Positions 11,123 through 21,791 of a stretch of DNA of 64,000 bases are shown here, in pieces; the stretch's first letter is position 1, and every line of letters starts with the position of its first letter. Made by a program: the position numbers and the translations under genes. Origin of the DNA: an uncultured Bacteroidaceae bacterium (lineage in GTDB: Bacteria > Bacteroidota > Bacteroidia > Bacteroidales > SM23-62); the NCBI GenBank assembly GCA_963767555.1, contig CAVYEL010000032.1, positions 25,485 to 89,484 of the forward strand, given 5' to 3'. The notes under the pieces are model-generated. The model had not been told where the DNA came from and ran no database searches. It saw only the letters and a list, made by a program, of their open reading frames with translations.

Positions 11123-11932
11123 ATGCATTTTGCCCAGAACATCAAACTCCTTCGCAAGCGGAGGAACCGGACACAGGACGAACTGGCCCATACCCTGGGC
11201 ATGAAACGCTCCACCCTGAGCGGGTATGAAAACGAGGTGGCAGAACCCGGCATACAGGCCCTGATGTCATTTTCAAAGTATTTCGGAGTGGCAGTGGATA
11301 CCCTGATCAGGATCAACCTGGACAGCCTGTCGGAAAGCCAGCTTTCGGAACTGGAACGGGGGAACGATGTTTACCTGCGGGGCAGCAAACTGCGGGTACT
11401 GGCCACCACAGTGGATGAGGAGAACGAGGAAAACATCGAACTGGTGAATGAAAAAGCAAAGGCCGGGTATACCAACGGGTTTGCAGACCCTGAATTCATA
11501 CAGCAGCTGCCGACATTCCAACTGCCCTTCCTGTCCACAAGCAAGAAATACAGGACCTTCCAGCTTTCCGGGGATTCCATGCTTCCCATCCCGGAAAGGT
11601 CATGGGTAACAGGGGAATTCCTGCAGGACTGGAATGATATCGTCACCGGGGAGGCTTATGTCGTGCTGACCCTGGATGACGGGATCGTTTTCAAGATCGC
11701 CGAGAACCTGATTGGAGAAGGAACATAAGCTACCCTGTATTCCCTGAATCCGGTGTATGAGCCTTTTGATGTAAATGTTAATGAGATCAAGGAAGTCTGG
11801 CGGTTCGTCAACTATATCAGTGCTGAGATCCCGGATCCTGTAATGCCGGAGGAGGAACTGATCAAAACCGTCGCCAACCTCAAGCATGACATGGACATCC
11901 TGAAAAAGACAGTACTCCGGAAGCAGAATTAA
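11123..11932 (+). pseudogene. HTH-XRE / S24 peptidase LexA-like repressor interrupted by in-frame TAA (11726-11728)
   Basis: N-terminal HTH (IKLLRKRRNRTQDELAHTLGMKRSTLSGYE). S24 Ser motif GDSMLP and Lys in IVFKIA. After the TAA the same frame continues with family-typical LYSLNPVYEPFDVNVNEIKEVWRFVNYIS to a stop at 11932. Confidence 0.8.
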
Positions 11933-12076
11933 AGACAATTTCTGTCACTCTTCCAGGCAGGAAATACCAAAGGTGTTTTCGCAAAAAGGGGTGAATGAAA
12001 AAATGAAGAGTTTTAAGTCTGGTTTTATTAAAAAACTATCTTATTTTTAATGCCCAGATAAACAAAACATAAACTT

Positions 12077-12496
12077 ATGTCAACAAGAACAGCAAACGCA
12101 CAATGGAACGGAACCCTGAAAGATGGTAATGGTAAGATGAATTTCAGTAATTACAGCGGGCCATACACCTTTAAGTCACGTTTTGAGGAAGGTGACGGCA
12201 CCAACCCGGAAGAACTCGTAGGGGCTGCCATTGCAGGTTGTTATTCCATGTTTTTAGCTGCATTGATAAGCGGAGAGAACCTTACCCCGGAAAGTGTAGA
12301 AACCACTGCCAGTGTCCACCTTGAACGAGATGATGTTGGTCCTATCATTACCCTGATTGAACTGGACACACAGGTAAAATGTGAAGGATTGTCCTACGAA
12401 AAATTTGATGAACTGGCAGCAGCGGCCAAAGAAAAATGCCCCATCTCCAGGTTGTATGCATCCGTCGAGAAAAAGCTGGATGCCAAATTACTATAA
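12077..12496 (+). CDS. osmC: OsmC-family peroxiredoxin
   Basis: 139 aa, colinear with the OsmC pattern. Contains GTNPEELVGAAIAGCYSM and a C-terminal KCPISRL (two conserved Cys). Confidence 0.85.
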   Translation: MSTRTANAQWNGTLKDGNGKMNFSNYSGPYTFKSRFEEGDGTNPEELVGAAIAGCYSMFLAALISGENLTPESVETTASVHLERDDVGPIITLIELDTQVKCEGLSYEKFDELAAAAKEKCPISRLYASVEKKLDAKLL

Positions 12497-13358
12497 GTGT
12501 ATTCCTTCAAAGGAGTCGTAGTAATAATCATTGTTCATCTGTTCGTTCTGACCTCCTGCAGCACTTCAGCTGGAGACAGAAATCAGGCCGCGGGAGGACA
12601 TCAAGCTGGTGAAAGACATCCGGGCGAAGTACTGGTAAAAGATCAGTACACCATGATTGATACTGCCGGCAAAACCATTCATAAACGTTTCAATCCTCCT
12701 CCCGGGTTTTTACGAACGGTGGTTGATACCTCTTCATTTGGTTATTATCTCAGGCATTTACATTAAAGCCTTTTGGTACAAAGGTTAAATATTATGATGG
12801 CCGGACGAAGAACAAACGCAATGTATATATCTCCGTCATTGATATGGATATCGGGAAAAGAGATCTTCAGCAATGTGCGGACGCCGTAATGAGATTAAGG
12901 TCAGAATATCTGTATGCCATGCAGAAATACCAGGATATTCACTTCAATTTTGTTTCTGACGGGCAACCGAGATATTATGAAGAATTTAATGATAGTGATC
13001 ATTCCTATGAAAAATTCAGGAAGTACCTTGATTTTGTTTTTTCCTATGCCAACACGAGTTCCCTCAGCCATGAACTGATCAGCTGGACAGCACTGAGGAA
13101 ATGCAAATGGGTGATGTCCTGATTCAAAAGGGAAATCCCTATGGACATGCCGTCATTGTTGTCGATATGGCTAAAAACCCTGATACCCGTGAAAAAGTGT
13201 ACATGCTTGCCCAGAGTTATATGCCTGCCCAGGATATTCAGGTCCTGGTCAACCGGAATAATTCAAAGATCTCTCCATGGTATTTGATTAACGAGGACCC
13301 GATCGAATCGCCGGAATGGACTTTTAAGCCGGAAGATTTGAAACGGTTTGGAGAATAG
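12497..13358 (+). CDS. DUF4846-like lipoprotein, split into three frames (two apparent frameshifts at about 12770-12840 and 13100-13120)
   Basis: Lipobox-like VLTSCS. Fragments include DIGKRDLQQCADAVMRLRSEYLY and GDVLIQKGNPYGHAVIVVDMA. The three consecutive ORFs read as one protein. Confidence 0.55.
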
Positions 13359-13476
13359 GTTGGCCGGGGAGGGGAATCACTATGTGACCGTTCTGGATTA
13401 TTTTGTCTTTATATAAATAGTCCTTATTTTTATTTATAGCCATTTTGCTGAAACTTAAAACCCAAATAACCCTATC

Positions 13477-14376
13477 ATGAAAAAATCATTTTACCTAATC
13501 GGACTATTGTTGGTGCCCCTAGTACTATTTGGACAAAAACCCATTGAGGTATCCGGGACAGAATTCAAGCTTGGCCAGGTTATGTATTCGGGAGTCCAGT
13601 TGATGATCCCTGAAGCATCATATGAACTGGTGGAAGAGATGTGGATCAAGGCACTGGAAAAAGGTACCAAATCTGATGTATCAGAAGCTCAAAATGGTGA
13701 AATTACCATATTTGGAGCCTATCTTAATGCCACTGGTGACGATCCTGTAAATATCTACAGCCAGATAATACCAAGAGATTCAATAGTTGAGCTGAATGCA
13801 TGTATTGAATTGAAGCGGAATGAATTTATAACAGAAAATACCTATGAATCCGAGTTCAATCAGCTCAAAACATACATGCAAGATTTTGGAAAGGAAGCCT
13901 ACATAGAGGTGGTGAAAGATCAGTTAGAAGCTGAAGAGGATATTTTAAATGATCTGGAGAAAGAGCTGAAACAGCTTCAGAACGATCAAGAGCAATTGGA
14001 GAAACAAATCAGTAAAGAAGAGCATAAAATCGACGTAGGAGAAGATGATATCAGAACATTGGAGTCAGATCTGGACATAAAGAATGAGGAAATAGCGAGG
14101 GCCAAGGTGCAGCTGAACTCAGCCGGGGATGATCCGGTTCTAAAAGAATCGCTGAAGGATGCGTTAAAGGACCTTGAAAAGGATAGAAAGAAAATACTGA
14201 ATTCCATTAAAAAAGAAAAAAAGGACATTGTCGGAAATGAGGCTGACGTTGATAATACCGAAGTGGAAATTCCTTCTCTGATTGAACAGCAGAACCTGAA
14301 GATGCAGGAGATCGAGCAACAAAGAATCAGGCTCAATCAGTTTGAAACCAAGCTGGCCACCATTGAAGCTTACTGA
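13477..14376 (+). CDS. secreted coiled-coil protein, hypothetical
   Basis: 299 aa. Signal peptide MKKSFYLIGLLLVPLVLFG. The C-terminal half is E/K/L-rich with heptad character. Confidence 0.5.
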   Translation: MKKSFYLIGLLLVPLVLFGQKPIEVSGTEFKLGQVMYSGVQLMIPEASYELVEEMWIKALEKGTKSDVSEAQNGEITIFGAYLNATGDDPVNIYSQIIPRDSIVELNACIELKRNEFITENTYESEFNQLKTYMQDFGKEAYIEVVKDQLEAEEDILNDLEKELKQLQNDQEQLEKQISKEEHKIDVGEDDIRTLESDLDIKNEEIARAKVQLNSAGDDPVLKESLKDALKDLEKDRKKILNSIKKEKKDIVGNEADVDNTEVEIPSLIEQQNLKMQEIEQQRIRLNQFETKLATIEAY

Positions 14377-14379
14377 TCC

Positions 14380-15513
14380 TCAGGTCATATCAAAGCATGA
14401 TATGTAGGCAGGGTGCTCGTAGTAATACCGCTTATCCTCTTCTTTCCATTGGATGAACTTTACCCTGATATCACCAAGCGCCGGTTTAAGAAATTTATCT
14501 ATGATCCCCAGTTGTCCAAGATGACGGATGGTTGTGTAAAGCGGACTTTTAGAATCGAGCCAGATGATGGCCAGGTATAGATCATGATGGGCACAGGCTG
14601 ACTCAAATAACCGAAGCAGGCATTTCTCATAACCTTCCTTGTACCAGATCCCCTCGATGGCGATGAATTTTAAGTATCCCGGGTCAAAACGCCGTGAAAG
14701 GATAGGTAACCGAATCAATACCTTGAGAAACAATTTGTTGAGAAAGCCGGGGTATTCCATAAGTTTCCACACTTCCGGATTGGCCTGGCAGCCGGCAACG
14801 ATCTCTCCGTCCTCTCTCCAGATCAGGTAATTATCGTTAAAGAAAATATTTTGTTCCGTATAAAAGGTATGTTCCTTATTAAACTCCCTGAGGTGGGTAA
14901 GAATGGATTCATGTTCAGGCTTATCCGGAGTGTGAACATGCGGATCTTTTTTTGGCTTGAACCGGCTGAAAAAGCTTGTGTGTATCCTTCCGACAGTTTC
15001 AAATCCAATCAATTCTGTAAAATCCCAGCTCCTGACATTTTCCTTTTCTACGTAAGCATACACAAGGTCTCTATCCTGGCTTCCGATAGGTTTTTTGTCC
15101 AGCAGGGTCGGATCATCAAAAAAATCCTGGACAGTTAATTTTAGCATATTGTCACGTTGGGGCTTATCTTTTTCCTGCTTTTTACTTCTTCTTTGTTTAT
15201 GAGATTTAGCCCTGAGGGGAGCCCGAATGGAGAAATATCTGATATACCAGGAGTTTGAAACGGATCCTTGATTATAGGTGTCCCGTTTACTGAAGGCGAT
15301 ACAACCCAATAACTTGCCTGATTTTTTCAGGACAATAAAATAGATGTTTCCAAGGAATGGAAATTTGGAATTAAAAGATGTATGACGGTACCTGAGTTTT
15401 CCTGGTGTCCCCAGGACGGTATTAGCCAGGAGTTCTTTAACATCTTTGCCGGGTTCTTCTTCAACACTGATGGTTAGTTTCAGGTATTTCAGGAGTTCTG
15501 ATTGAGATGCCAT
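14380..15513 (-). CDS. hypothetical protein
   Basis: Uninterrupted 377-aa ORF with a basic internal linker (KSHKQRRSKKQEKDKPQRD). No motif recognised. Confidence 0.45.
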   Translation of the reverse strand: MASQSELLKYLKLTISVEEEPGKDVKELLANTVLGTPGKLRYRHTSFNSKFPFLGNIYFIVLKKSGKLLGCIAFSKRDTYNQGSVSNSWYIRYFSIRAPLRAKSHKQRRSKKQEKDKPQRDNMLKLTVQDFFDDPTLLDKKPIGSQDRDLVYAYVEKENVRSWDFTELIGFETVGRIHTSFFSRFKPKKDPHVHTPDKPEHESILTHLREFNKEHTFYTEQNIFFNDNYLIWREDGEIVAGCQANPEVWKLMEYPGFLNKLFLKVLIRLPILSRRFDPGYLKFIAIEGIWYKEGYEKCLLRLFESACAHHDLYLAIIWLDSKSPLYTTIRHLGQLGIIDKFLKPALGDIRVKFIQWKEEDKRYYYEHPAYISCFDMT

Positions 15514-15670
15514 TACGGGAGATTAGACTTGGTGATCTCAAAATACCACTTTTTGAGAAGACTTCAAAAAGATACATTGACGCCTCCATTGTACTTGTCG
15601 GAGGAATGGCAGGCTTTACAAAAAAAATAGTTAATTTTCACGATCATTCCTAAACACAAAAACAGCTATA

Positions 15671-18361
15671 ATGAAATTTTCTCAATCTACTTACTATGGC
15701 AAGGCCTTGGTCACCATGATTGTATTGATAATGATCATGTTACCGGTTCTTATGGCGCAGCAAAAACCTTCCGATTATTTTGGATTTCAACCCGGGTCCG
15801 ACGGGAATTTATTTACCTATGAAGAACTGATCAGTTATCTGCAAAAACTGGATGAAGCTTCTGATAAACTGAAGATGGTAGAAATTGGCCACTCACCCGA
15901 AGGCAGGCAGATGTATATTGCTTTTATTTCCTCCGCTGATAATCTCAACAATTTGGACAGGCTTAAAGTTATCAATAAAAGGCTGGCTCTCGATACCGAT
16001 ATCCCTTCCAGGAAAAGGAAGAGTTGATAGCAAAAGGGAAAAGTATTCGTGCTGGGTACCCTGTCCATGCATTCCACCGAGGTGGGACCGGCTCAATCCG
16101 CTCCTCTGATAGCATACGACCTTGCCACTACAAGTGATCCATCAAAGCTCAGGTGGCTTGAAGATGTGGTATATATGATGGTCCCCAACCATAATCCGGA
16201 TGGCATGGATATGGTCGTCAATCATTATCAAAAATACAAAGGAACCAAGTATGAAGGAAGCTCCATGCCACGAGTTTATCATAAATATGTCGGTCACGAC
16301 AACAATCGGGATTTCGTAACCCTTTCCCAGGAAGATACAAAAGCCATAGCAAGGATATATAACCAGGAATGGTATCCCCAGGTAATGATTGAAAAACACC
16401 AGATGGGATCTACCGGCACAAGGTATTTTGTTCCGCCCATGCATGATCCCATTGCTGTAAATATTGATGCCGGGATCTGGAACTGGACCAAGATCTTCGG
16501 GACCAACATGATGAAGGACATGACACGAGAGGGATTGGATGGTGTTTCCCAGCAATACCTGTTCGATGACTACTGGCCGGGTTCAACGGAGACATGTTTG
16601 TGGAAAGGTGTGATAGGAATGCTTACTGAAGCAGCCAGTGCCAAAGTGGCCACACCGGTATATGTTGAACCAAATGAACTGAGGGTAGGAGGCAAAGGAC
16701 TGGGAGAATACAAGAAAAGCATTAATATGCCTCAGCCATGGGAAGGAGGATGGTGGAAACTTTCCGATATAGTTGATTATGAGCTGTCATCTACCAACTC
16801 ATTATTGAAAACAGCTTCATTGCACAGGGAAGCCGTTCTGAGATTTCGGAACGAACTGTCCGTAAGGGAAGTAGAGAAGGGTAAAACAGAGCCACCCTAT
16901 TATTATATTATGCCTGCACAGCAGAGAGATGCCAGTGAACTGGTGCACCTGGTAAATTTGCTGAAGGAACACGGGGTCCAGCTTTATCAAACCAACGATG
17001 AACTTCAACTGGATAACAAGGTGCTGGCAAAAGGATCAGTAGTGGTTCCCCTTGCTCAGCCCTTCAGGGCATTTATCAAGGAAGTACTGGAGGTCCAGGA
17101 ATTCCCTGCCCGTCACTATACGCCAGGAGGAGAGATGATCAGGCCATATGACATTACTTCCTGGTCTCTCCCTCTGCATTTTGGGGTTAAAAGCTGGGAG
17201 GTGAATAAACGTTTTCCGGAATTGGAGTCCAGCCTGGCAGAAATAGACAAAGATTTTGACCTGCGTTCAGGATCTGATCAAAAATCCATGGGCCTTTTCC
17301 CTGCAGGCAATAATGAAAGCTATAAAACAGCCTTCCGGGCTATGGAACTTGGACTCACCGTGGAAAGATTAACCAAGAGTACAGAGATTGATGGAAAGAA
17401 GATAGCCAAAGGCAGTTTTATCATCACGGCAGATAAGCAAGGGGAAAACTGGAAAACACTGCTTGGTAAACTTACTGTTGAACCCATATATACTGATCAG
17501 AAACCAGCATCCACCGAGGTTCTTTCCATGCCACGTATTGCACTGGTGGAGACGAATTTCCATGACATGGATGCTGGCTGGACCAGGTTTGTGCTGGATA
17601 GCTATCATATTCCGTATAAGGTGGTAAATCCGGGAGACTTCAGCAAGACAGACTTTGCCGATGATTTTGATGCAGTGATCTTCCCAAGTGCCAGCAAATC
17701 TATTCTAATGAGCGGGAAATATGGCAGTTCAGGAAATTACTATGTCACGAGCTATCCGCCGGAATATACAAAAGGCATTGGCAAAGAGGGGATGAAAAAG
17801 CTGATGGCTTTTATCGACCAGGGTGGATTGATCATCAGCTGGGGAGAATCCACCAAACTATTTGAAGGGACTTTGACAATTTCCAAGGAGAAGGAGAAGG
17901 AGAAAGAGAAAGAAAAGGGAAAAGATAAAGATTCAGAAGAGGAAGAGGCAAAAGAAGAATTCCAGTTACCCTTTAGAGATGTATCTGAACAGATGAAGAA
18001 AGCGGGTTTAAATTGTCCCGGTTCACTGGTGAAGATCAATTTGAAAAAGGACCATCCACTTACCTTTGGAATGCCTTCCAGTGTTGGTGTGTTTTACAGG
18101 GGACAACCAGCATTCAGGACATCTGTACCTAATTTTGACATGGACCGAAGGGTCATCGGTATTACACCTGAGAATGACATTCGCATCAGCGGTTATGTAG
18201 ATAAAGAAGAGCTGGTGGGTAATAAACCGCTGATGATATGGATGAAGAAAGGAAAGGGACAATTCGTGCTATTTGGATTCAATCCAAATTTCAGGGCTTC
18301 CACACATGCCACCTATAAGCTTCTGTTTAATGCGATATTATTACCTGAGCAAACAAATTAA
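15671..18361 (+). CDS. M14-family zinc carboxypeptidase-like secreted protein; two close frame disruptions at about 16000-16045
   Basis: N-terminal fragment: signal/TM plus GHSPEGRQMYIAFISS. Main ORF: HSTEVG, PNHNPDGMD, HDNNRDF. The intermediate frame reads ..EKEELIAKGK.., linking the two ORFs. Confidence 0.75.
17885..17962 (+). repeat. purine-only (GAGAAG-like) coding microsatellite giving a KEKEKEKEKEKGKDKDSEEEEAKEE insert
   Basis: A 41-nt uninterrupted purine run at 17885-17925 is followed by more GA-rich sequence inside the M14 ORF. Confidence 0.8.
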
Positions 18362-18534
18362 TTATGGTCAGGCGTCATAAATTAAAAAAGGGTAATTATC
18401 AGTTTGCTTTTCTGGCCATCATAATTGTCATTTTACTGATCCTCCTGATGATGATGATGGGGTAGAATCAGACCTCGCTTATCACTGACCAATGGTCAGA
18501 TGATAAAGTTCTCATACAGGTGATACAGAACTAA

Positions 18535-19258
18535 ATGAATAAGGGTTTTGCTTTACTGGCATGTATATCCATATGCTGTCTTCCAGTATCTGCACAATAT
18601 GAAACATTTGCAGATAACTGGAAGTTTGCAGGTATTGCAGTTGAGGAGCCAGGGTATACTATTTGGGGAACCTCACCACTTATGGGGGAGGACGGAACGG
18701 TGCACCTTTTCGTTGCCCGCTGGCCCTGTGAACTGAAAGTTGACCCTGGTTGGCGATCTCACAGTGAAATTGCCCATTACGTTGGTGAAACTCCGGAGGG
18801 ACCCTTCAAATTTTCTGACGTGGCCATCACGGGAACAGGAAAGGAAACATGGGACCAAAGGCATGTACTTGAGGGTGCAGCCAACTCGGGTTTCTGGCCA
18901 GTTGAAATAGGAGTTGAGGGCTGGTATCAATTTGACGTACGCCGATGGCCCAAAGAGATTGACCATCCCATCAATGCTTCTTTGCCCGCGGAAGGAATCA
19001 GCGATATATTCTTGAACAGTAAACCTGTCGGGTGGGTGAAGGAAAATCAATACCTGCCTTGAAAGTACGATTAAGGGTAGGAGACAGGCAGGTAGAAAAA
19101 GAAATTGCTCAGGAAGATGTATTGCCCTGTTTGAGTTAGATCTCCAGCCAGGTCCAAACATCGTCAGGGCATGGCTGATAGATGCCAATGGAAATCAGCA
19201 AGGGGCCTATTATGTATATGTAAGCCTGAATAATGAACCATCAGACACCAACACTTGA
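18535..19258 (+). pseudogene. chimeric gene remnant: secreted glycosidase-like N-terminus joined to a sulfatase-type C-terminal domain, further frameshifted
   Basis: Signal peptide, then EEPGYTIWGTSPLMGEDGTVHLFVARWP..GETPEGPFKF. The sequence then switches abruptly to WPVEIGVEGWYQFDVRRWPKEIDHPI. Two other frames continue LKVRLRVGDRQVEKEI and FELDLQPGPNIVRAWLIDANGNQQGAYYVYV. Confidence 0.5.
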
Positions 19259-19260
19259 AA

Positions 19261-20189
19261 ATGTTTACCATATTTTGAAATAATAAAAGTCTGATTGCGA
19301 ACGTTCTTTTGATTTTCGCAGTTTCTGCTCATGCCCAGGAACGAATGGAGTATTTAAAGTCATCACCTATAATATTTGGAATGGATATGACTGGGGGAAG
19401 GACGAGGTCAGGAGGGCTGAAGTGGCTGAATGGATTAACAGACAGGAGCCATCTATCGTGGCATTGCAGGAACTCTGTGTATATACCCCTGAAAAACTTG
19501 AGGAAGATGCCAGGTCATGGGGACACCCATATTCTGTACTTTTGAAAACTACCGGGTATTCCGTGGGACTGACATCCAAATACCCGATAACGGTCAGGGA
19601 GAAGATTATGGATGGCATGCATCACGGGGCCCTGCATTGCGTGGTTGAAGGTATAGATGTGTTTGTTATCCATTTTCATCCCGGCAGTATTGCTTTCAGG
19701 CGAACGGAGGTAAGGAACATGATGGAGAAATTTGCAGCCGTGAGAGAATACAATAAAAATTATATGGTCCTGGGAGATTTTAACAGCCTGTCTCCATTTG
19801 ATGCGGACCTGTATGATCCGGAAGGTTCACTGCTGACAAGGATGAAGGAAAGGCAACCGGATAACAGCATTGAGGAAGGTAACCTGAGTTACGGGGATCT
19901 CGATTATTCAGTGATGTCAGCCCTGCTGGCCTTCCCCCTTATCGATGTCTGCCGGCCATTTACCAGCGGTATGGAAGAGCGGGGCTCTTTCCCGGGACGT
20001 GTGCTGGGGCCTGTTAATGATGAGTCTGAAGAAGAGCTGGTCTCCCGCCTGGAGAGAATTGATTATATCCTTGTATCACCCCAATTGTCGATCAAATGCA
20101 CGGCTGCAAAAGTCTGCAATGGAGAAGAAAATCATTATCTTTCTGATCATTACCCTGTTTTGGCAGAATTTGATCTTAAACAAAAATAA
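19261..20189 (+). pseudogene. endonuclease/exonuclease/phosphatase (EEP) family protein; in-frame TGA (19276-19278) in the signal peptide and a frameshift at about 19340-19365
   Basis: The main ORF has VITYNIWNG (when read upstream in its own frame), QELC, HFHP, GDFNS and SDHYPV. The upstream frame reads MFTIF*NNKSLIANVLLIFAVSAHAQE. Confidence 0.7.
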
Positions 20190-20192
20190 ATA

Positions 20193-21752
20193 ATGAGATC
20201 TACCCTCCTGGTTATCATTAATGCTGCCCTTATATATCTGGTTTCCATCTGTTTCTTTTCATGCGATTCCCGGAAAAATGAAAAGCCAAACATTATTTTT
20301 ATCCTTGCAGATGACATGAGCTATTATGACCTGAGCGGCCTGGGCCAGAAACAATTTACAACACCCAACCTGGATGAATTGATGAATGAGGGACTCTTCT
20401 TTGCTGAAGCTTATGCAGGTTCACCTGAATGTGCGCCAAGCAGGGCAAGCTTCATCACAGGAAAACACATGGGACATTGCAGGATCAGGAATAACAGGTC
20501 GGTAAGGAAACAGGATCATTTGCTGGATGCAGATATCACCGTCGCTGAAATGCTAAAAGAGGCAGGTTACGTCACAGGGATGGTCGGAAAATGGGGGATA
20601 GGACTTCCCGGTACCGAGGGTACTCCGGATAAACAGGGGTTCGACTATTCTTTTGGATTTTATGACCAGCTCAGGGCCCATGGTTTCTATCCCCACTATC
20701 TGATGGAAAATGGCAGGGTCATTCCCATTCCCGGGAACTATGGTTTTGACATGGAAAGAACCTATCAGCATACCCGCTCCCCGGAGGGTCTGCACAGCTA
20801 TAATGATAATGGAAAATTGATCCCGGATGGTGTCAAGGATCCAACACAGGCGATTAATTCACAGGATTATATTCAAAGTAAAGCCATACAGTTTATCAGG
20901 GATAACCATGATAACCCCTTCTTTCTGTATTATGCCACACAATTGCCTCATGGTCCATGTATAACACCAGATCTGGGAAAATACAAGGATATGCCGTGGG
21001 ACCAGAAACATAAGGAGTGGGCTGCCATGATGGAACATCTGGACAGGCATGTAGGTGAAATTATGGAAACCCTGGATGAGCTGGATCTTTCAGAAAATAC
21101 CATTGTGTTTTTTGCGAGTGACAACGGATATGCGCATTGGGGATACTTTAACCGGAAACACTGGGAGAATGATCCCATTTTTGATAATAAGGGTCCATGG
21201 AAAGGAGGAAAGTTCCTGCCACTGGATGGAGGTGTCCGGGTCCCATTTTTTGTGAAATGGAAGGATAAAATTAAACCTGGAACCACCCGGGCATTGGTAT
21301 CCCTGACTGACTTTCTTGCTACGGCCTGTGACCTGGCCGGTATAGCTGAACCCCCCACTGATGGAATCAGCCTCCTTCCCCTTATGACAGGTAAATCAAT
21401 CCCGGAAAGTCCTTTTCATGAATATTTGTACTGGGAGAATGGATCCTTCGGGGCACATGCCCAGGCCGCCAGGTTCAGGAATTGGTTTGCATTCAGGGAA
21501 CATCCTGATAAACCCATGCAATTATGGGATCTTTCATCAGACGTATCCTGTAATGAAGACCTGTCTGCTGCCAATATTCAGGTTGTTGAAGAAGCCCTGC
21601 AAATATTCCTGAAAAACCATGAACCGAGTGAATGGTATGTGAATCCGGGGGATACTGAAGAGCTGATAGAAAACAAAAGGAAAAAAGCTGAACTGGAAGG
21701 GAGTATGCAGGAACCTGTCAGGGCCAATTCCCGGTATCCGGAAGAACTTTGA
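20193..21752 (+). CDS. arylsulfatase (formylglycine-dependent sulfatase family)
   Basis: 519-aa intact ORF. N-terminal signal, NIIFILADDM and the CAPSRASFITGKH (CxPxR) motif. Confidence 0.85.
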   Translation: MRSTLLVIINAALIYLVSICFFSCDSRKNEKPNIIFILADDMSYYDLSGLGQKQFTTPNLDELMNEGLFFAEAYAGSPECAPSRASFITGKHMGHCRIRNNRSVRKQDHLLDADITVAEMLKEAGYVTGMVGKWGIGLPGTEGTPDKQGFDYSFGFYDQLRAHGFYPHYLMENGRVIPIPGNYGFDMERTYQHTRSPEGLHSYNDNGKLIPDGVKDPTQAINSQDYIQSKAIQFIRDNHDNPFFLYYATQLPHGPCITPDLGKYKDMPWDQKHKEWAAMMEHLDRHVGEIMETLDELDLSENTIVFFASDNGYAHWGYFNRKHWENDPIFDNKGPWKGGKFLPLDGGVRVPFFVKWKDKIKPGTTRALVSLTDFLATACDLAGIAEPPTDGISLLPLMTGKSIPESPFHEYLYWENGSFGAHAQAARFRNWFAFREHPDKPMQLWDLSSDVSCNEDLSAANIQVVEEALQIFLKNHEPSEWYVNPGDTEELIENKRKKAELEGSMQEPVRANSRYPEEL

Positions 21753-21791
21753 GAAATATTAACTTGCATTTATAATAGAAATACAGATTTT

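Noticed and set aside
6600-12000. Mobile-element hallmarks at the borders of the GC-rich island (integrase, transposase, tRNA target, direct repeats).
   Set aside because: None was found by eye on either side. The island is therefore reported only as a compositional anomaly, not as a mobile element.
17885-17962. Repeat array considered as a possible CRISPR or other non-coding repeat.
   Set aside because: It is a short purine microsatellite inside an open reading frame, with no spacers. It is a coding low-complexity insert.
18364-18465. 33-codon ORF MVRRHKLKKGNYQFAFLAIIIVILLILLMMMMG* directly after the M14 peptidase stop.
   Set aside because: It looks like a plausible single-TM micropeptide: a basic N-terminus followed by a hydrophobic helix. 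With no conservation data or ribosome-binding evidence I cannot support it as a gene.
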